A DNA stretch of 62,897 bases, counting the filler, from Circinaria calcarea (lineage: Eukaryota), in NCBI GenBank assembly GCA_051942165.1. It is 25 parts of 25 records of this genome, joined end to end, with 100 filler letters (N's around TTAATTAATTAA, not from the genome) between each part and the next. Parts side by side here need not be neighbours in the genome. Positions count along the whole stretch, not along the records: positions 35,356 to 37,771 come from JAVECS010003560.1; positions 37,872 to 40,287 come from JAVECS010003561.1; positions 40,388 to 42,803 come from JAVECS010003562.1; positions 42,904 to 45,318 come from JAVECS010003563.1; positions 45,419 to 47,832 come from JAVECS010003564.1; positions 47,933 to 50,346 come from JAVECS010003565.1; 19 more parts are not named here. One strand, 5' to 3'. This document shows positions 36,221 through 48,957 of the stretch, piece after piece. Below the pieces are notes generated by a model. It was given only the letters and a program-made list of their open reading frames with translations. It was not told the origin of the DNA and did not search any database. The first letter of the stretch is position 1; every line of letters begins with the position of its first letter. Position numbers and translations under genes: made by a program.

Positions 36221-37082
36221 CAATATCAGTAACAAAACAATTTCTGATAACATGGCGTAAAGTTTTAACCATACAAAGCAATGATTGATATGGTGCTGAC
36301 AACTATTGTCTTTGCAGATCATGTAGAATCCCTCCAACCCTTTTTTTTTAAAAAAAGAGCATACGTAGGATAACTCAATCACTAGAAGCATCTACTCTCC
36401 TCTACGTATAAACCAGCTATAAAAGTTCATCCATTCAGCATTCAATCTCCCTATTTCACTTTCCGGAGAGGGACCTACCAGCGACCTATACTACATCAAG
36501 TCTAAACTTGACTCAGGAGCCGCAACGAAAGCTGCTCAAGGGAAAGCATAGAGGTTGGGGGTCTAATAAAGCACAAGACTCGACACAACACTATACAAGG
36601 GCGTCACCGAATGGATTCGCAGTTTCTCATCCATGTTTAGCTGGGAGTAAGGTGGAATAGATCGTTGTTGGAAGATTCTTCGCCATGAGTAGACGGGATA
36701 TCGTAAGTGAGACGACGATGCGGAAAAGGATGAGTAGGATGCCGGATTAGGGAAGAAATAATGTAGTAACGATAGCACAGTATACCATGGGGTTGAAAGA
36801 CTACGTACGTTATCGGCGGACTACGGTTTGATGACAGTTTGAATCCTTTCAACCATGCCCGAATAGGGGGAAGGGTAAGGGTGAGTAGATGCTGTTGATA
36901 ACGTGATTACGTTTACGTTGACATGAGTGGAAAATTCGTCTGAATGCGTTTGGAAAATTCGTTGATTTCTCAGACTCGACCTAGATATAAAGCAACAAAC
37001 TTTCTGTGCTATAATGATTGCTGATACATGATGACTTCCAAGAGACGGATGTGCTCTCTAAATTCACCTTGCGTCCCATATC

Positions 37083-37771
37083 TCAAGGCGTTGCCTTACT
37101 CATGCTGATTAGACGCTTCACGCCAGTCTAAATTGTATAGTTAGTAGCCTATAGCGTACAACCAATCGAGCACAGGGGGCTTACCATCCAGGTTCCGCAC
37201 TCGCTGTTTCTGTTGGTTAAAATGTCAATGTGAATGGCCTGGGCTTGGTCGTAGTTCTTTGATCGTATTGCCTGTGCCAGTTCAACCATATCCTCGATAG
37301 TATTCGGCTTCAGGAGATCCTCGTTGTTGAGATGGTCGAATAAGATATTTAGTCGTTTTTCCATATCGTTCACATGAGCCTTGAACGCTGCAGGTGCTCT
37401 AGACTTAACGCGGTGCATATCATCGTTCAGGATCTCGTATACGGGTCGCGCATTTGCCGGTATATGATTGCGGTCACCAGGTGCTGTAAACGTCAATCGA
37501 ATTAATTTGGAAGCACCGGAGCGGTATAAACTTACGGTACTTCGGGGTTGCAGGAACCGACGCTCTTCCTTTTTGAGATTGAGCGGTACCAGGTCGCGAT
37601 CCCTCCGAATGGCCAGCTGATGTTGTAGATACGTTAGGCGGTGGAGCCGGTTGTTGTAGTGGCGTTTCTTGGGAGCCATACTGTTCGGTTGGAAATGACT
37701 GTCGGGTGGGAAGATTCTGCTGAGATGCATAAGGGTTAGGGGGTGGCGCGGGCCGTTTCACGACAGGTGCC
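37083..37771 (-). CDS. SEC31: COPII coat protein Sec31, C-terminal fragment
   Basis: Pro-rich region, PKYP, intron 37535-37484, PGDRNHIP...[18 protein letters not shown]...ECGTWM, intron 37184-37128, [14 protein letters not shown]. Confidence 0.94.
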
Positions 37772-38529
37772 NNNNNNNNNNNNNNNNNNNNNNNNNNNNN
37801 NNNNNNNNNNNNNNNTTAATTAATTAANNNNNNNNNNNNNNNNNNNNNNNNNNNNNNNNNNNNNNNNNNNNGACCATTTCCAAATTAGGAGGAACCTCTT
37901 TAACCTTCGCAACTGAGCGGATCAGAATTGTATATAACATTACAACGCGCTCGGAAAGAGCAAAAGACAGCATGGCTAGCTATACTGATGAAGGAGCTTA
38001 TCAAATATATAGGTCTGACTTTGACAGCCAGTCACGGTTTATGTCAGAGGATGTTTCGGGTGCAAGCCCTCGCTATTTCGATATAGCCATTGTATGCAGA
38101 AAGGAGAATAAATGCAGATTAGGGGTGCATGGAAACTGTCTTTCATCTGCGGCCGAGCCAGCGGCAACAAGGCGATAGTTGATGCGCGCATAGCAGCTCG
38201 ATACCCGACGCCATACCAACCATGGGGATCCATTACCCAACTGGGATGAAATAACAGAGACTCCCATCGTATGACAGTGCGCAAACGAGGCTGTACAAAC
38301 AACCTGGTGACCGTTGAGACCGCCGTCTGGCTGCCCCATGCCTGGCTAGGGGAAGAGACATAGCGCAAGCAGACACGTATAATGAAGATAATCGAGATTG
38401 CATGATGAGGCTAATAAGCACCGTACAGTTCCGGGTAGCAAGCAGTAAAGTGAAAAAGAACTCGGTACTTCCTACTTGATGCATCGACATCGCGAAGATT
38501 CCGAGTGCTAGAAACAGGAGGGTGGAACC

Positions 38530-38620
38530 AGCAGATCAGTGGGATTTGAACCCAATTCTGCTGATATTCTCACCATGTCTGCATACACATGCTTTCAGTG
38601 CTATCCCTGAAGCTGTTGCT
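38530..38620 (-). ncRNA. tRNA-like / Pol III B-box element, copy 2
   Basis: Minus strand CTGAAAGC...GAATATCAGCAGAATTGGGTTCAAATCCCA aligns with copy 1 (CTGAAAGC...GAATATCACCGGAATTGGGTTCAAATCCCA). Confidence 0.45.
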
Positions 38621-38699
38621 CTGGCAGACGGAACCGTGCCACCCCGGCTCCTGATCCTTGCCGGCGCAGCTTGATCAATCCTCAACCTGGTATCCAAGG

Positions 38700-40287
38700 A
38701 ACGTACGGTTCGATCTGCCCGAGCAACAGCTGAAGGGATATGGCTTAACTAGAAAAAGGCCGCTCGTGGGCTGAGACTGGACTCGGTTGGTTTGGTCGGG
38801 TATTTTTGCGGCAGCCAAAGCACAGATACACGCCTTCCCCCAACAGGTAAGTTCCCGTCATGGAGATTTGATCGGCCGAGGCGCATATCGCGGAGTGAAA
38901 CATCAAATCGATCACCGATACCGAGTTGTTCGATTTAGGGTCGGCACGGACCAAACACCGGCACGCTACAGTTCCACGGTGCCTGAGCCTTAAGGATAGA
39001 GACATGTGGCTGAAGATCGATCATGACGAATCTTCGCCTGAGCGACCCCTTTGCGGTAGGTAGATCCAACAATCCCCTTGCGTTTGATCGGTTGAAAGTG
39101 CCGACTCTCAAACAGCCGTGTTTGTTGCCATGTCCACACGGCTTCAGCTCGTTGACCAGTGCTAGGTAGTTGGGACAAATCGAAGACGCGCGCGAGAAAC
39201 AGCAATATGGAGAATGTTGCGATTGGCACATGGTTCAATCGCCGGCACTGTACCGGTATACCCAGCCCAGGAAGATCCAAACACGCGCTTCTAAGCTAGT
39301 CCTGTGGTGGTGTGGTGGTACCGAGGAAGGAGTGACGATATTATTATTCTCCTCGAAAACGGCTTAAAGCTCAACCCCCTTTTCATAAAAGGGTTCATCG
39401 TGCGCCATGAAGACGTGCATTCTGCCCTTATCAGTGGACATGCTCGAAGTCGGATGGCAACCAATGGAAATCTGGCCTACAGCAGAACGCACCAATCGAG
39501 AAGGGTTCTGCTCCGGGTCGAATATCCAAGCACTCTATCACAGATAACTACAAAGGAGAAGCCTATGTTTCGGGTCGAGAGGGGCACCGTACAGCGTAGA
39601 CCGGCCATTGAAGCTTATCAGGATGAGCTAGATGCCTTGTACTTGAAAGGAGATCATCCTGCATCAGAAGCCCCATCATCACTGGACATGCATGACCCTC
39701 ATACGCTCCAAGGTACGCTGCGTACTTTGATCGAACAAATTACAGACCTAAGTTTCGAAGACGTTTCCGACGATTTCTTCGCTTACGGCATGGATTCTTT
39801 ACATGTTATCAACCTTGCCAAACAGATCAGCAGCAGCATTACTGGTCCAGCTGGACCCAGCCAATCAATCGAATCAAAACTCATATACGACAATCCTTCA
39901 ATTGACAAGCTAGCGGCAGCCATCTCAGGCCGTTTAGAATCGGCCAGTACAAATGGGCCCTCTATGTCTAAAACGGCGATAAACCGAATGAGCAAGATGC
40001 AAGAGTTACTTGAAAAGTACACTGCGGACTTGCCTGCCATTGCTAAGCCTCCAACTATCCACAAAGGCAAGCCTTTGATAGTGCTACTTACAGGCTCCAC
40101 CGGATCGCTCGGGCCCTTTGTCTTCAATGCATTACTTGCCAATAGCAGCGTGAAAAAGATATACTGCCTGAACCGCTCAGTGAACGGAGAGGAGCGTCAA
40201 AGGTCACAAAACTTATCAAAAGCCCTCTCATCAGACTGGTCTCCAGAACGTGTGGAGTTCCTTCAGTCCGACTTCTCCCAAGCATAT
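38700..40287 (+). pseudogene. NRPS-like A-T-R (carboxylic acid reductase-type) gene with a decayed adenylation domain
   Basis: Intact-looking YRGRSDDII...NGLKLNP, GTVQRR, carrier DDFFAYGMDSL, and reductase VLLTGSTGSLG...IYCLNRS. The upstream A-domain region is far too short and broken by stops and frameshifts. The 5' boundary is approximate. Confidence 0.75.
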
Positions 40288-40389
40288 NNNNNNNNNNNNN
40301 NNNNNNNNNNNNNNNNNNNNNNNNNNNNNNNTTAATTAATTAANNNNNNNNNNNNNNNNNNNNNNNNNNNNNNNNNNNNNNNNNNNNGC

Positions 40390-40845
40390 TCCCAGGAACG
40401 CCTACAGGCACATGCTTCTCTCCGCTCTACCTCCCATTGCTCCACTCCGACACCAGTAAGGCTTTCCCTACAAGCAAACACTCCGCCCCCGAAGCTTGCG
40501 GACAAACCTCGATCTGAAGAAGGCCCCGAACTGCTAGATCCTTGTCGGGATGACCTGGACTTTATCTCAATCCTTTTTACCCCCGCTCGACACCCTAAGA
40601 AGTTTTGGGGATCTTCAGCGCCGTCCAAGTCCACACCGGGAAAGCGAGAGAGGAAAATTTCCTCGACCGCTAGACCCAGTTTCGGATCTATACTAGGAGA
40701 TCTTAGTGACGATGAGCTATCGCTTCAAGCCGTAAAAACTTTGAGGATCCCTTCGGCCGAGAAAGCTACCATTAGGTCACCAAATCGTCAATGTGGTTCC
40801 GCCGGGTACAGGTGCGACCGGAAAGTGTGCTTAAGGTGTACTTAG
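40390..40845 (+). CDS. C-terminus of a protein with a terminal 4-Cys motif, possibly the CENP-A chaperone Scm3
   Basis: Open frame from the contig edge, absent from the ORF track, ending GDLSDDELS...RQCGSAGYRCDRKVCLRCT* (C-x6-C-x4-C-x2-C). As I recall, this resembles the Cys-rich tail of fungal Scm3. The diagnostic Scm3 domain is not in view. Confidence 0.5.
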   Translation, partial: SQERLQAHASLRSTSHCSTPTPVRLSLQANTPPPKLADKPRSEEGPELLDPCRDDLDFISILFTPARHPKKFWGSSAPSKSTPGKRERKISSTARPSFGSILGDLSDDELSLQAVKTLRIPSAEKATIRSPNRQCGSAGYRCDRKVCLRCT

Positions 40846-40996
40846 CTTGACCACAAGACGGTATATGTTGATCCAATAGAGTAATGTATTTTGGAAGGCT
40901 TCAGACAGGTCGGGTTTCCAACATGGTTTTCCTTTTAGCTTGCACGGGCTCGCTAGTTGAGCATCTAATATCGGGTGATTTGTAACCCTGGCGAAT

Positions 40997-42803
40997 TTAC
41001 TCCTCCTTTGTAAAACTAATCACATCAAACAAATCCGTACTGTCACTCTCACCCACGTCTCCGGCCATGGCCCAAAACTTTGAAAGATGTCGCGTTCCGG
41101 AATCGCACAGGATGGTTACGATTCTATGCCCGGGACCTAGATCCCTGGCGACTTTGACGGCCGCGACACCTAGTTTTTTTGACTCTTTTGTCAGTATCCG
41201 AAACCCCTTTTCCCCATTCCCCATCCCCTTTTCCTTTGGGGAAAAAAATTTGAAAAGGCAAAATACCAAAAAAAACCAGACAAGTGAAAGAACATACAAT
41301 TCACCGCACTACTGCTGCCCACAAAGATGCCATCCTTCTCCACCAGCCACCGCGCCATGCCCACGGCTTGCTCATCGCTTACCCGCACCGCATCGTCAAT
41401 CAGCCGGCGGCCGGCCTCCAGGTTGGCCGTCACGCGGTTGATGCCGATACCCTCGACCACGGTATCGATCTGCTGCCGCCGGCGCGTGCCTTCTTTTTCC
41501 CGCGCGTCAAACATGACGCCGTACCGGATCCGGTTGAAGAGCCCGCTGCCGTTGGGATCCGCCAGCACGACTTTGAGGCCGGGCAATCGTGGCTTCAGGT
41601 ACCGCGCCACGCCCGTAATGGTGCCGCCTGTGCCTGCTCCGACGACGAAGGCGTCGAGGCGGCCGGCGCACTGGGCGTGGATTTCGGGACCCGTGGTGGA
41701 GAAGTGGGCGTGCCAGTTGGCAGGCGTTTCGAACTGGTCGGCGAAGAAGCCGCGGCCGGGATTACTGGAGGCGGTGTGAGCGGCGGCGAGGGCGCTGGCG
41801 CGGTTGACAAAGTGCTCCGGGTCGATGATGGGGGCGGGGGGCACTTTGTCGACGGTGGCGCCGAGTTTGAGAAGGAGGGATGCTTTTTCGGGGGATTGGT
41901 CGGTGGGCATGCAGCTGAGGGCCCGGGGAAGTGAGGTGCGGCGTTAGTGTGATGGTTACTTTGTTAAACGGGGAGTGTTTATTGGGGAGGGTTGTGGAGA
42001 GGTGGAAAAGGGAAAGGGGAGGAAAGAGGGGAATGCAATTACATGTGTGCCCGATACCCCTTTGCCCTACACAGCGTCGCTAGCGAGATGCCCGTCGAGC
42101 CCACCGTGCCCTCGTAGATGACATCTCCCGAATGGGGCCTCAGGAAGCCTTTTTCTTCCGCCTGCGATGGGGAAAAAAAGGTCTCAGAAACACATTGTAC
42201 TCCCTCATAAGTCATAACAAACAGAATGAAAAAATAATTCGAAATCTGGTTGGGATAGAATAGAATTACCATCTGGATAATCCCCACCGCCACCCGATCT
42301 TTGGGGCTGCCGCCCGCGCCGTTGAGGAACTGGATATAAGAATGTATCAATCAGCCCTCTTTCCCCTCGCCCCTCACTTCCCATCGCCAACAAATTGGGA
42401 AAAAAACTCTCAAATGAAAAAAGACAACGGATGTGGGTCGGGAGGGGATGCCCCAAAAAAAAAAACGGACCTCCGCCTTGCCCAAAATCTCACACCCCGT
42501 CGCTTCCGAGAGACTTTTGATCCGGACGAGTGGCGTGTTACCGATGGTGCCTTCGATGCCCTCGACGATGCCCTCGACGCGTTCCTTTGCTTTTCTTTTC
42601 TCGTTCCCCTCCCGACCCGGACGCGAACGGCTGCGGTTTTCATTCAAATCTATACCGTCGGTATTGTGCGTGGATCGGGGGTCCCATCGCCGCCGGAACT
42701 GCCGTGCTAGATCGGGGTAGACGTCCTGGAAGCCGAGGGTGAGGAGGACGCCGAGGGTGAATGCGAGAGCTACGGTGGCGGTGGCGGTGGGGAAGGAGGG
42801 ATG
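40997..42803 (-). CDS. Cysteine synthase 2-like PLP enzyme (Cys12/Mcy1 type), 5'-truncated, 4 introns
   Basis: N-terminal TM segment; IGNTPLVRIKSLS...GKAE|FLNGAGGSPKDRVA (PLP Lys); EGTVGSTGISLA; GAGTGGT; EGIG; GSSSAVN; TILCDSGTRHLSKFW. Confidence 0.93.
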
Positions 42804-42903
42804 NNNNNNNNNNNNNNNNNNNNNNNNNNNNNNNNNNNNNNNNNNNNTTAATTAATTAANNNNNNNNNNNNNNNNNNNNNNNNNNNNNNNNNNNNNNNNN
42901 NNN

Positions 42904-43450
42904 AGCTGCCTCGAAAGCTACATCCGCCCTGCAGTACATGCTTCTCTGCAAGATTATGCTAAATCTCGTCGATGACGTAAACAGTCTTATGGCATCCAAG
43001 CAAGCGCAAAAGTACTCCGGCAAGAACCTTGAAGCCATGAAAGCGGTCGCTCGCGCGCATTCCAACCGCTCACTCGAAGACTATGAAAAAGCCCTATCAG
43101 ATTATCGATACGAACTCGGCTCTGACCCTTTTATCCGGAATCACCTCCGCCGCCTCTACGATGCTATGTTGGAGCAAAACCTCATCAAAGTTATCGAACC
43201 ATTCAGCCGGGTCGAAATCGAGCACATTGCGAAAATGGTAGGGCTAGACACGATGCAAGTTGAAAGGAAGCTTTCGCAGATGATACTGGACAAGGTCATT
43301 ATCGGGGTTTTGGATCAAGGGGCCGGATGTTTGATCGTCTACGATGAGGCGGAGCGGGACCAAGGGTACGATGCAGCGCTAGAGACGATTGAGCGGTTGA
43401 GCAACGTAGTGGACGTGCTGTATACTAATCAAGCTTCGATGCTGGAGTGA
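42904..43450 (+). CDS. RPN6: 26S proteasome lid subunit Rpn6, C-terminal PCI region
   Basis: [12 protein letters not shown]...[26 protein letters not shown]...[21 protein letters not shown]. Confidence 0.96.
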
Positions 43451-44376
43451 GACACAGGCATAGAGAGAGTGAGGACATGTACCAATATGCATCGAGCGAA
43501 TTAAATATCGCCTGAACTCGAATAATCCGTCTCTCTTTAGGGATTGCGTATTTTTCGTTTCGCCTTTCTCTTCAAATTTTCATTCTGCTTATAAATCTTC
43601 GACGAATGGGTTCCGGTTATAGGATAGTGGGAGCTAAAGGGAATACCTCAAAGTCCCTATCTTCTTCTACCTAGATGATTGCAGAGGTAAGCTCTTTTTT
43701 TGTCTCTTATCTCTCGCCATCTTCACCCCCCTATGTTCATATATTCCGGGGGGAAAAAAAACCCCCCGGATATCTATCGTGCCTGGTGTCCATTCCCCGG
43801 CTCGCCTGATGGCACAGCAGCGATATCCCGGTTTATATACAAATATTGTCCTTTCTTTTCAAAACTATTTCGACTATCACGTACAGTACCATGTTATGAT
43901 GTCAACCAAACCAATCCCGTGGTCTTTTGTCCTTCTCCTATTTCGGTTTTATAACACTGGCGGTTTACTATTCGGCGGTTCCTGAGAAGGCACTTGACAG
44001 TTCGGGTTCTGTAAGGGTATAACTTTACACTTGGGGAGCGGGTTGTGGGAAGGGTGAAGGAAGCTGGGTTTCGTTGCGGTGGGGTAAGTGATTAATTTAA
44101 GCAATGTAAGTCATTTGGTCCACAATGAAGAATGACTCTGTAGTTGGGTTGAAGTTTCAAGCTACAAAATGGAAGGCATATCTAAGCCATCGATAACTTG
44201 TCAAGGTATATGCTCCACAACAGGTATCGCGTCATTTGACACCAGTCCTACCCGTTAGCCTGAAGGACCTTCAATACCAAATATTAACCCGAGGGGCCTT
44301 GTCTCTATTACAAGCGCTGTGAAATACAATGTCGTCGAACAGTTCGGAACCTTTCCCCCGCAGCTGCCCATCATAA

Positions 44377-44831
44377 TCAAGAGCAGGTCAACATGGCACT
44401 AATCGCCGCTCCTGCCGCTTGAATTGGCAATAGATTGATTTTGATACACCCTGGAACTGGCGACGTGTTGATCGCGTTTTCACAATTGGGCAACGAATAG
44501 GATGTGAACGAACAGGTCTGGCCGGCCGGAATGCTATCGGTATTGACGAACACGCTGGAGTAGTACGATGCAAAATTTGTACAGTAACCAGTGGAGAAGA
44601 CGAACTTTGGCGGTGGACTCGTATCAACGTCTTCGGCCTTTAGCGGGAGGCATTCCGGATTACTGAGGGCAGACGCGAGCCCCGTCACACAACCCGCAGT
44701 GGCTAGTGGCGACGAATGGATAGTCGGTAACAGGCAGGTGAGGGCAGTGCCCAAGACCTAGAAATCGGGCGTCAGCCAACGGCGTCATCGTGTAGAAGAC
44801 AAGGCGAGCGTACCACTGAGCGGAGATTCAT
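44377..44831 (-). CDS. Small secreted cysteine-rich protein (132 aa), unknown function
   Basis: Exon 1 44831-44814 (MNLRSV), intron 44813-44758 (GTACGC...GCTGAC...TAG), in frame with VLGTALTCLLPTIHSSP... There are 7 Cys after the signal peptide. Confidence 0.75.
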
Positions 44832-45418
44832 ATTGAAGGGAGCCTGGAACCGGTAAAGGCTTGCAACAGTGAAGCACGGCAAGGCAGCTGGAAGGGATCA
44901 GAGAAAAGAGTACACTTGTACCGCGATGAGACAGGTGAAAGGGCTACCAAAGGGAATATGCTGCTCTTAAGGCTACGGTCCTAGGCTTGCTATCCCCAAA
45001 CTGGATCTCTTTCCCCCCCCCAAGAAGTCGCGGCCAAGTTTGACTCTCGAGACCACTTACGGATAGATGCATAACGCTCTAATACCCCATGGCCGGTTTA
45101 GATGATTTTAGCTGGTCCAGAGCGATCCGTGTCTTCTGGTCTTTACCGCAGCATACATGGAAGCTCGGGAATACTTGATCACACGCTGGGTGTGAGTACA
45201 CGTCCGAATTTCAACGAGCAAGCACGCAGCGAATAGAAAAGCAAGATATGAAGCCGTCATGGCCAGGCATACGGTCCCACATGACCGTCCTTTTCGAGCG
45301 CGGAGTATAATATAGGGGNNNNNNNNNNNNNNNNNNNNNNNNNNNNNNNNNNNNNNNNNNNNTTAATTAATTAANNNNNNNNNNNNNNNNNNNNNNNNNN
45401 NNNNNNNNNNNNNNNNNN

Positions 45419-45613
45419 CATCAAGGGCGTTCTTGGATTTGTCTTCTTGTGCTTGTTGCCATTGGCAGCAGATTCGTTCAGATGCTGAAGGACGACAGAG
45501 GTTGAGGAAACGGAGGTCACCGAGTCGACCGAACGGCGAGAAGGGTCCGAACCTGACGAATCGTGGGCGGGTGGACTCGAGTCGGCGATGTACTCGTACC
45601 GGTTGCCCGCCAT
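45419..45613 (-). CDS. Probable dipeptidyl aminopeptidase B (DapB) cytosolic N-terminus
   Basis: DSVTSVSSTSVVLQHLNESAANG resembles the N-terminal S/T motif I recall from filamentous-fungal DapB. No catalytic region is visible. Confidence 0.5.
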
Positions 45614-46802
45614 TGCTAGATTACCCTAAAGTTGAGTGATGTAAATGCTTCACATATAAACGCTTGGGTTCATCCTGCAGAGGGTATCAAGGCCTTTTTC
45701 TTCCTCGTAACTATACTGAATAATGGATAAGATCAGTCAGCCAAAGTCACCGACGCAGCTAATTTGCAACATGCTGGCCTGTTGGTAGTTATGAAGCTCA
45801 AACATGACCATGCGTGGCTTAAACAATCGCCCAGAAAGCGCTAGGCCCCAAATCTCACTAGCTTCAATAACTCTCTATTGAAACCCCTTTGCGGCCAACA
45901 CGGCATGATTGTGGCAGGACAAAATATATTCTTGCTTTCGGGTAAATCGTAGACAAAGCCCACCGTTTTCTCGGTAATATGATCTCGTTTCAGTAGACAT
46001 GATCCCAAAGACCTGCCCTTTTTTCATCCTCCGGATTGCAGTACTGTCAAGAGGGTACTGTTCACTTATCACAACAATATAAATAACCATCACAGGTACT
46101 ATGACAGGCTGGCAGTTACCTTGCACGAACGCAAGCTTTTATGCGTCAACATGAATACTAACATAGGGTAATTGACTTCCAGACAAGGTCGTACGTTGTA
46201 AGAGCTACGCTAGAGATATGTACCACTATTTCGTAGTCATAGAGATCAGGTCTGGCAGGAGCGAGGGTAAGGATAAACAAATGAGTTTCCCAGGGGGGTA
46301 GCACCGCGGTCAGTAGAGTGACATGACATATGAAAGAAAGGACATGAGAAGTGAAGGTAATTGCGTGCTCCAGAGGCATGGGAAAATAGGGCGAGGGGAG
46401 CTGGTTGGCCCGGTCTGGAAAGGACGTAAAGCTTTCGATTTCATGCCACAATAGATAATTGAGGGGCTTGTAGTGTAGTCTCTCAATGATGCAACACATT
46501 ATTTCGAGTGTGAGTGACAAGCTCTAACCATTTCCCGTCTCATATCATCTTGCAGCAAGATCCTTCCCGAGCTGGCTTGACCAGTTGCATGTTGCGCTCA
46601 TCAAAATAATATCAGCTAGTCCATCGAACTTAGGTCTTGATACAAAATGTCATCGCAACCAGTTTGGAGTCCGACCATTGCGAGTTTTTGTAACCATACA
46701 AATACACTGGCATCCAAAGCCTTCAGGTTCTTCGTCAAATCGGCATAACCGTCTTCTCGCCAGACGCTTCTGCGCCAGGCGCTACAAATCAACCAAGGAT
46801 CC

Positions 46803-47465
46803 TCATAAGGTCCTAAAACCGAATTAGTAAAGTCATGGCAATAGTAATACGACAACTGACCCTAGGAAATCCTCCTTGACGCTTCCAATGGCGAACATGC
46901 TTCCGACGTCGCTTCTTGTTCCTATCAGCTTTATACGGAGGTGTGTACCTTTTTCAATGACCTGATCACCGTTGTCCGTATACTGTGGTGGTGTAGCGTT
47001 TGGATCCCATTTGATATCCGAAGGTATCAGCTTCAGCAGTTGTCAGTAGCATTCCCCAAAGAAACATGAGTAACCCACATGGTTCGAGACAAAAACTGGC
47101 AACGGTCCAACATCCGCAAACACACCCATCCTGTTCACAGAACTCACAATAGCGTCGACCTATAAGAAATTTCTCAGTACAGAGCTTCCTGAAGAACTGA
47201 TTCGTGGTGAACGGACCGCTTCTCCTTTGAACGGTCTGAATACAACCGCTCGATAGTGTACGGTGTACTCTGCGACCGCGCTTCCGGGTATTACTCTCCC
47301 TTCGGAGATATCGTAGGCATCCATGACACATATGATGTAGAATTGGCCCGTACATGTCCCTTCGACATCTTCGAGAAGTCGATTGGTAAGGTACTCCTTC
47401 ATGCGAGGCCCGAAGAATGACGGGTGCAGGGTGATCACCCTTTCAAGTTCATGAAGGAAAAACAT
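46803..47465 (-). CDS. RPB7: RNA polymerase II subunit Rpb7; complete
   Basis: [20 protein letters not shown]...VFRPFKGE; introns 47216-47160, 47078-47031 and 46860-46813; ends [13 protein letters not shown]. Confidence 0.97.
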
Positions 47466-48957
47466 AGTAAAGAATGTCGAGGGGCCAAAGCCCGGTCTAC
47501 TCGTGAGAGCTTCGTATGAATTACTGAAGAGTCCACAATCGCCTTGACGCTTGAGAGCGAGAGCCTGATTCCAGACTCACAAACAGTCCGCCCACCACTT
47601 TGCGGATTGGATCAAAGTAGACGCTGCAACGGTCTCAGTCAGGGTCACGTCCTTGAATTTAATTTCCGGCAGGGGTTTTGGGGTATCAAGGTAGCTATGA
47701 GCTGTGTCCTCGGGAAGAAACGCAAAAGAGTGACTTTAATAACACTTCAACACCCACCCTTCATATCAGTAAAGCCTTAACGCAGTGAAGCGCTAGACAA
47801 CGTACTGCACCAACGCGACCTGAAGGAAAGATNNNNNNNNNNNNNNNNNNNNNNNNNNNNNNNNNNNNNNNNNNNNTTAATTAATTAANNNNNNNNNNNN
47901 NNNNNNNNNNNNNNNNNNNNNNNNNNNNNNNNACCCTCAATCCTTCCCCCCCTCCCCGACGCCGCTCTCGTGCCAACGGCCCAAGACTAAGAGCCCTGGC
48001 ACTAGTAGCCTGATACACCGGATTTTTCTGGGGTCAGCCGGGGCCGGGATGTTACCAGTACCCCGGGTCCCCGCAAAAAAGGGCTTCGTGTGGTAGTACG
48101 GAACACGCGGATCACGATTGGGTGTGGATGCCTGCAGCCTGCAGCCTGCAGCCCGTAGCCTTCTAACGGCGCGGCTTTGAAAAAACGGTGCTGCATATGC
48201 AGGCGCCAGCAGAGGAGTCGATGAGATGGTCCCGCCATTTTACCATTTTGCCATTTTGCCATTTCGCCATTCCCTTCCTCTTCGTCCCCAGTCGGCCACA
48301 CCCAACCCTCTGGACAGAGTACGCCTGTCACGATGTCGGGCGGGCGGTAGACGACGAGAAAACTATTCTATCACCTACCATACCGAGCAAAGACTGCCAC
48401 CCCGACCGTCCAAAGCGAAAGTTGTCGGCGACGTGGCCAGGCCCCCCACGCCGTTGGCCGAGCTTGAGCACGCTCCCCAAAGGTAATCTCTTGCTACTAT
48501 ACTCGACACTGCATGGTTTGGGGTGGTAGGTGGCTCCCAGGTTGATTCTGTCTATTTAGATTGCACCTGCCACCCTCCTCGCTCCCTTGCACCACCGCAA
48601 TCTCACGAACCGCTGACCCTCCCGAGCTTGTTGATCCTTCGCCTGCCCGCCATCAACTACGGCAAACCTTCCTGGGGAAGATCGACAGGGTGCCAAACCG
48701 TTAGTCTCCTGCCCAAACATGCTGCGGCCGATCTCGGGAGAGGGTTGAAGGCTCACGCGTCCCCCGGCACGGAACCTGCAGCCATATCACTCCCGGCCGG
48801 TCATCAGGCACAGGGGGAGGAGACAGCAGACAATGACACTTAACCTTTAGCCTGAACATGGGGGGCGCTTCGACGATTACTGGCATTCTCGGGTGATCGG
48901 TGCAGGCAAGCATCGGGTACCTTAGCAGTCGCTCCTCATCCCATGCTTGCGCATACG

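Noticed and set aside
41284..41934. 216-aa and 150-aa plus-strand ORFs
   Set aside because: They are antisense shadows of the GC-rich cysteine synthase exon. The same applies to antisense ORFs over the SOD, cell-surface protein, GH47 and cyp15 genes.
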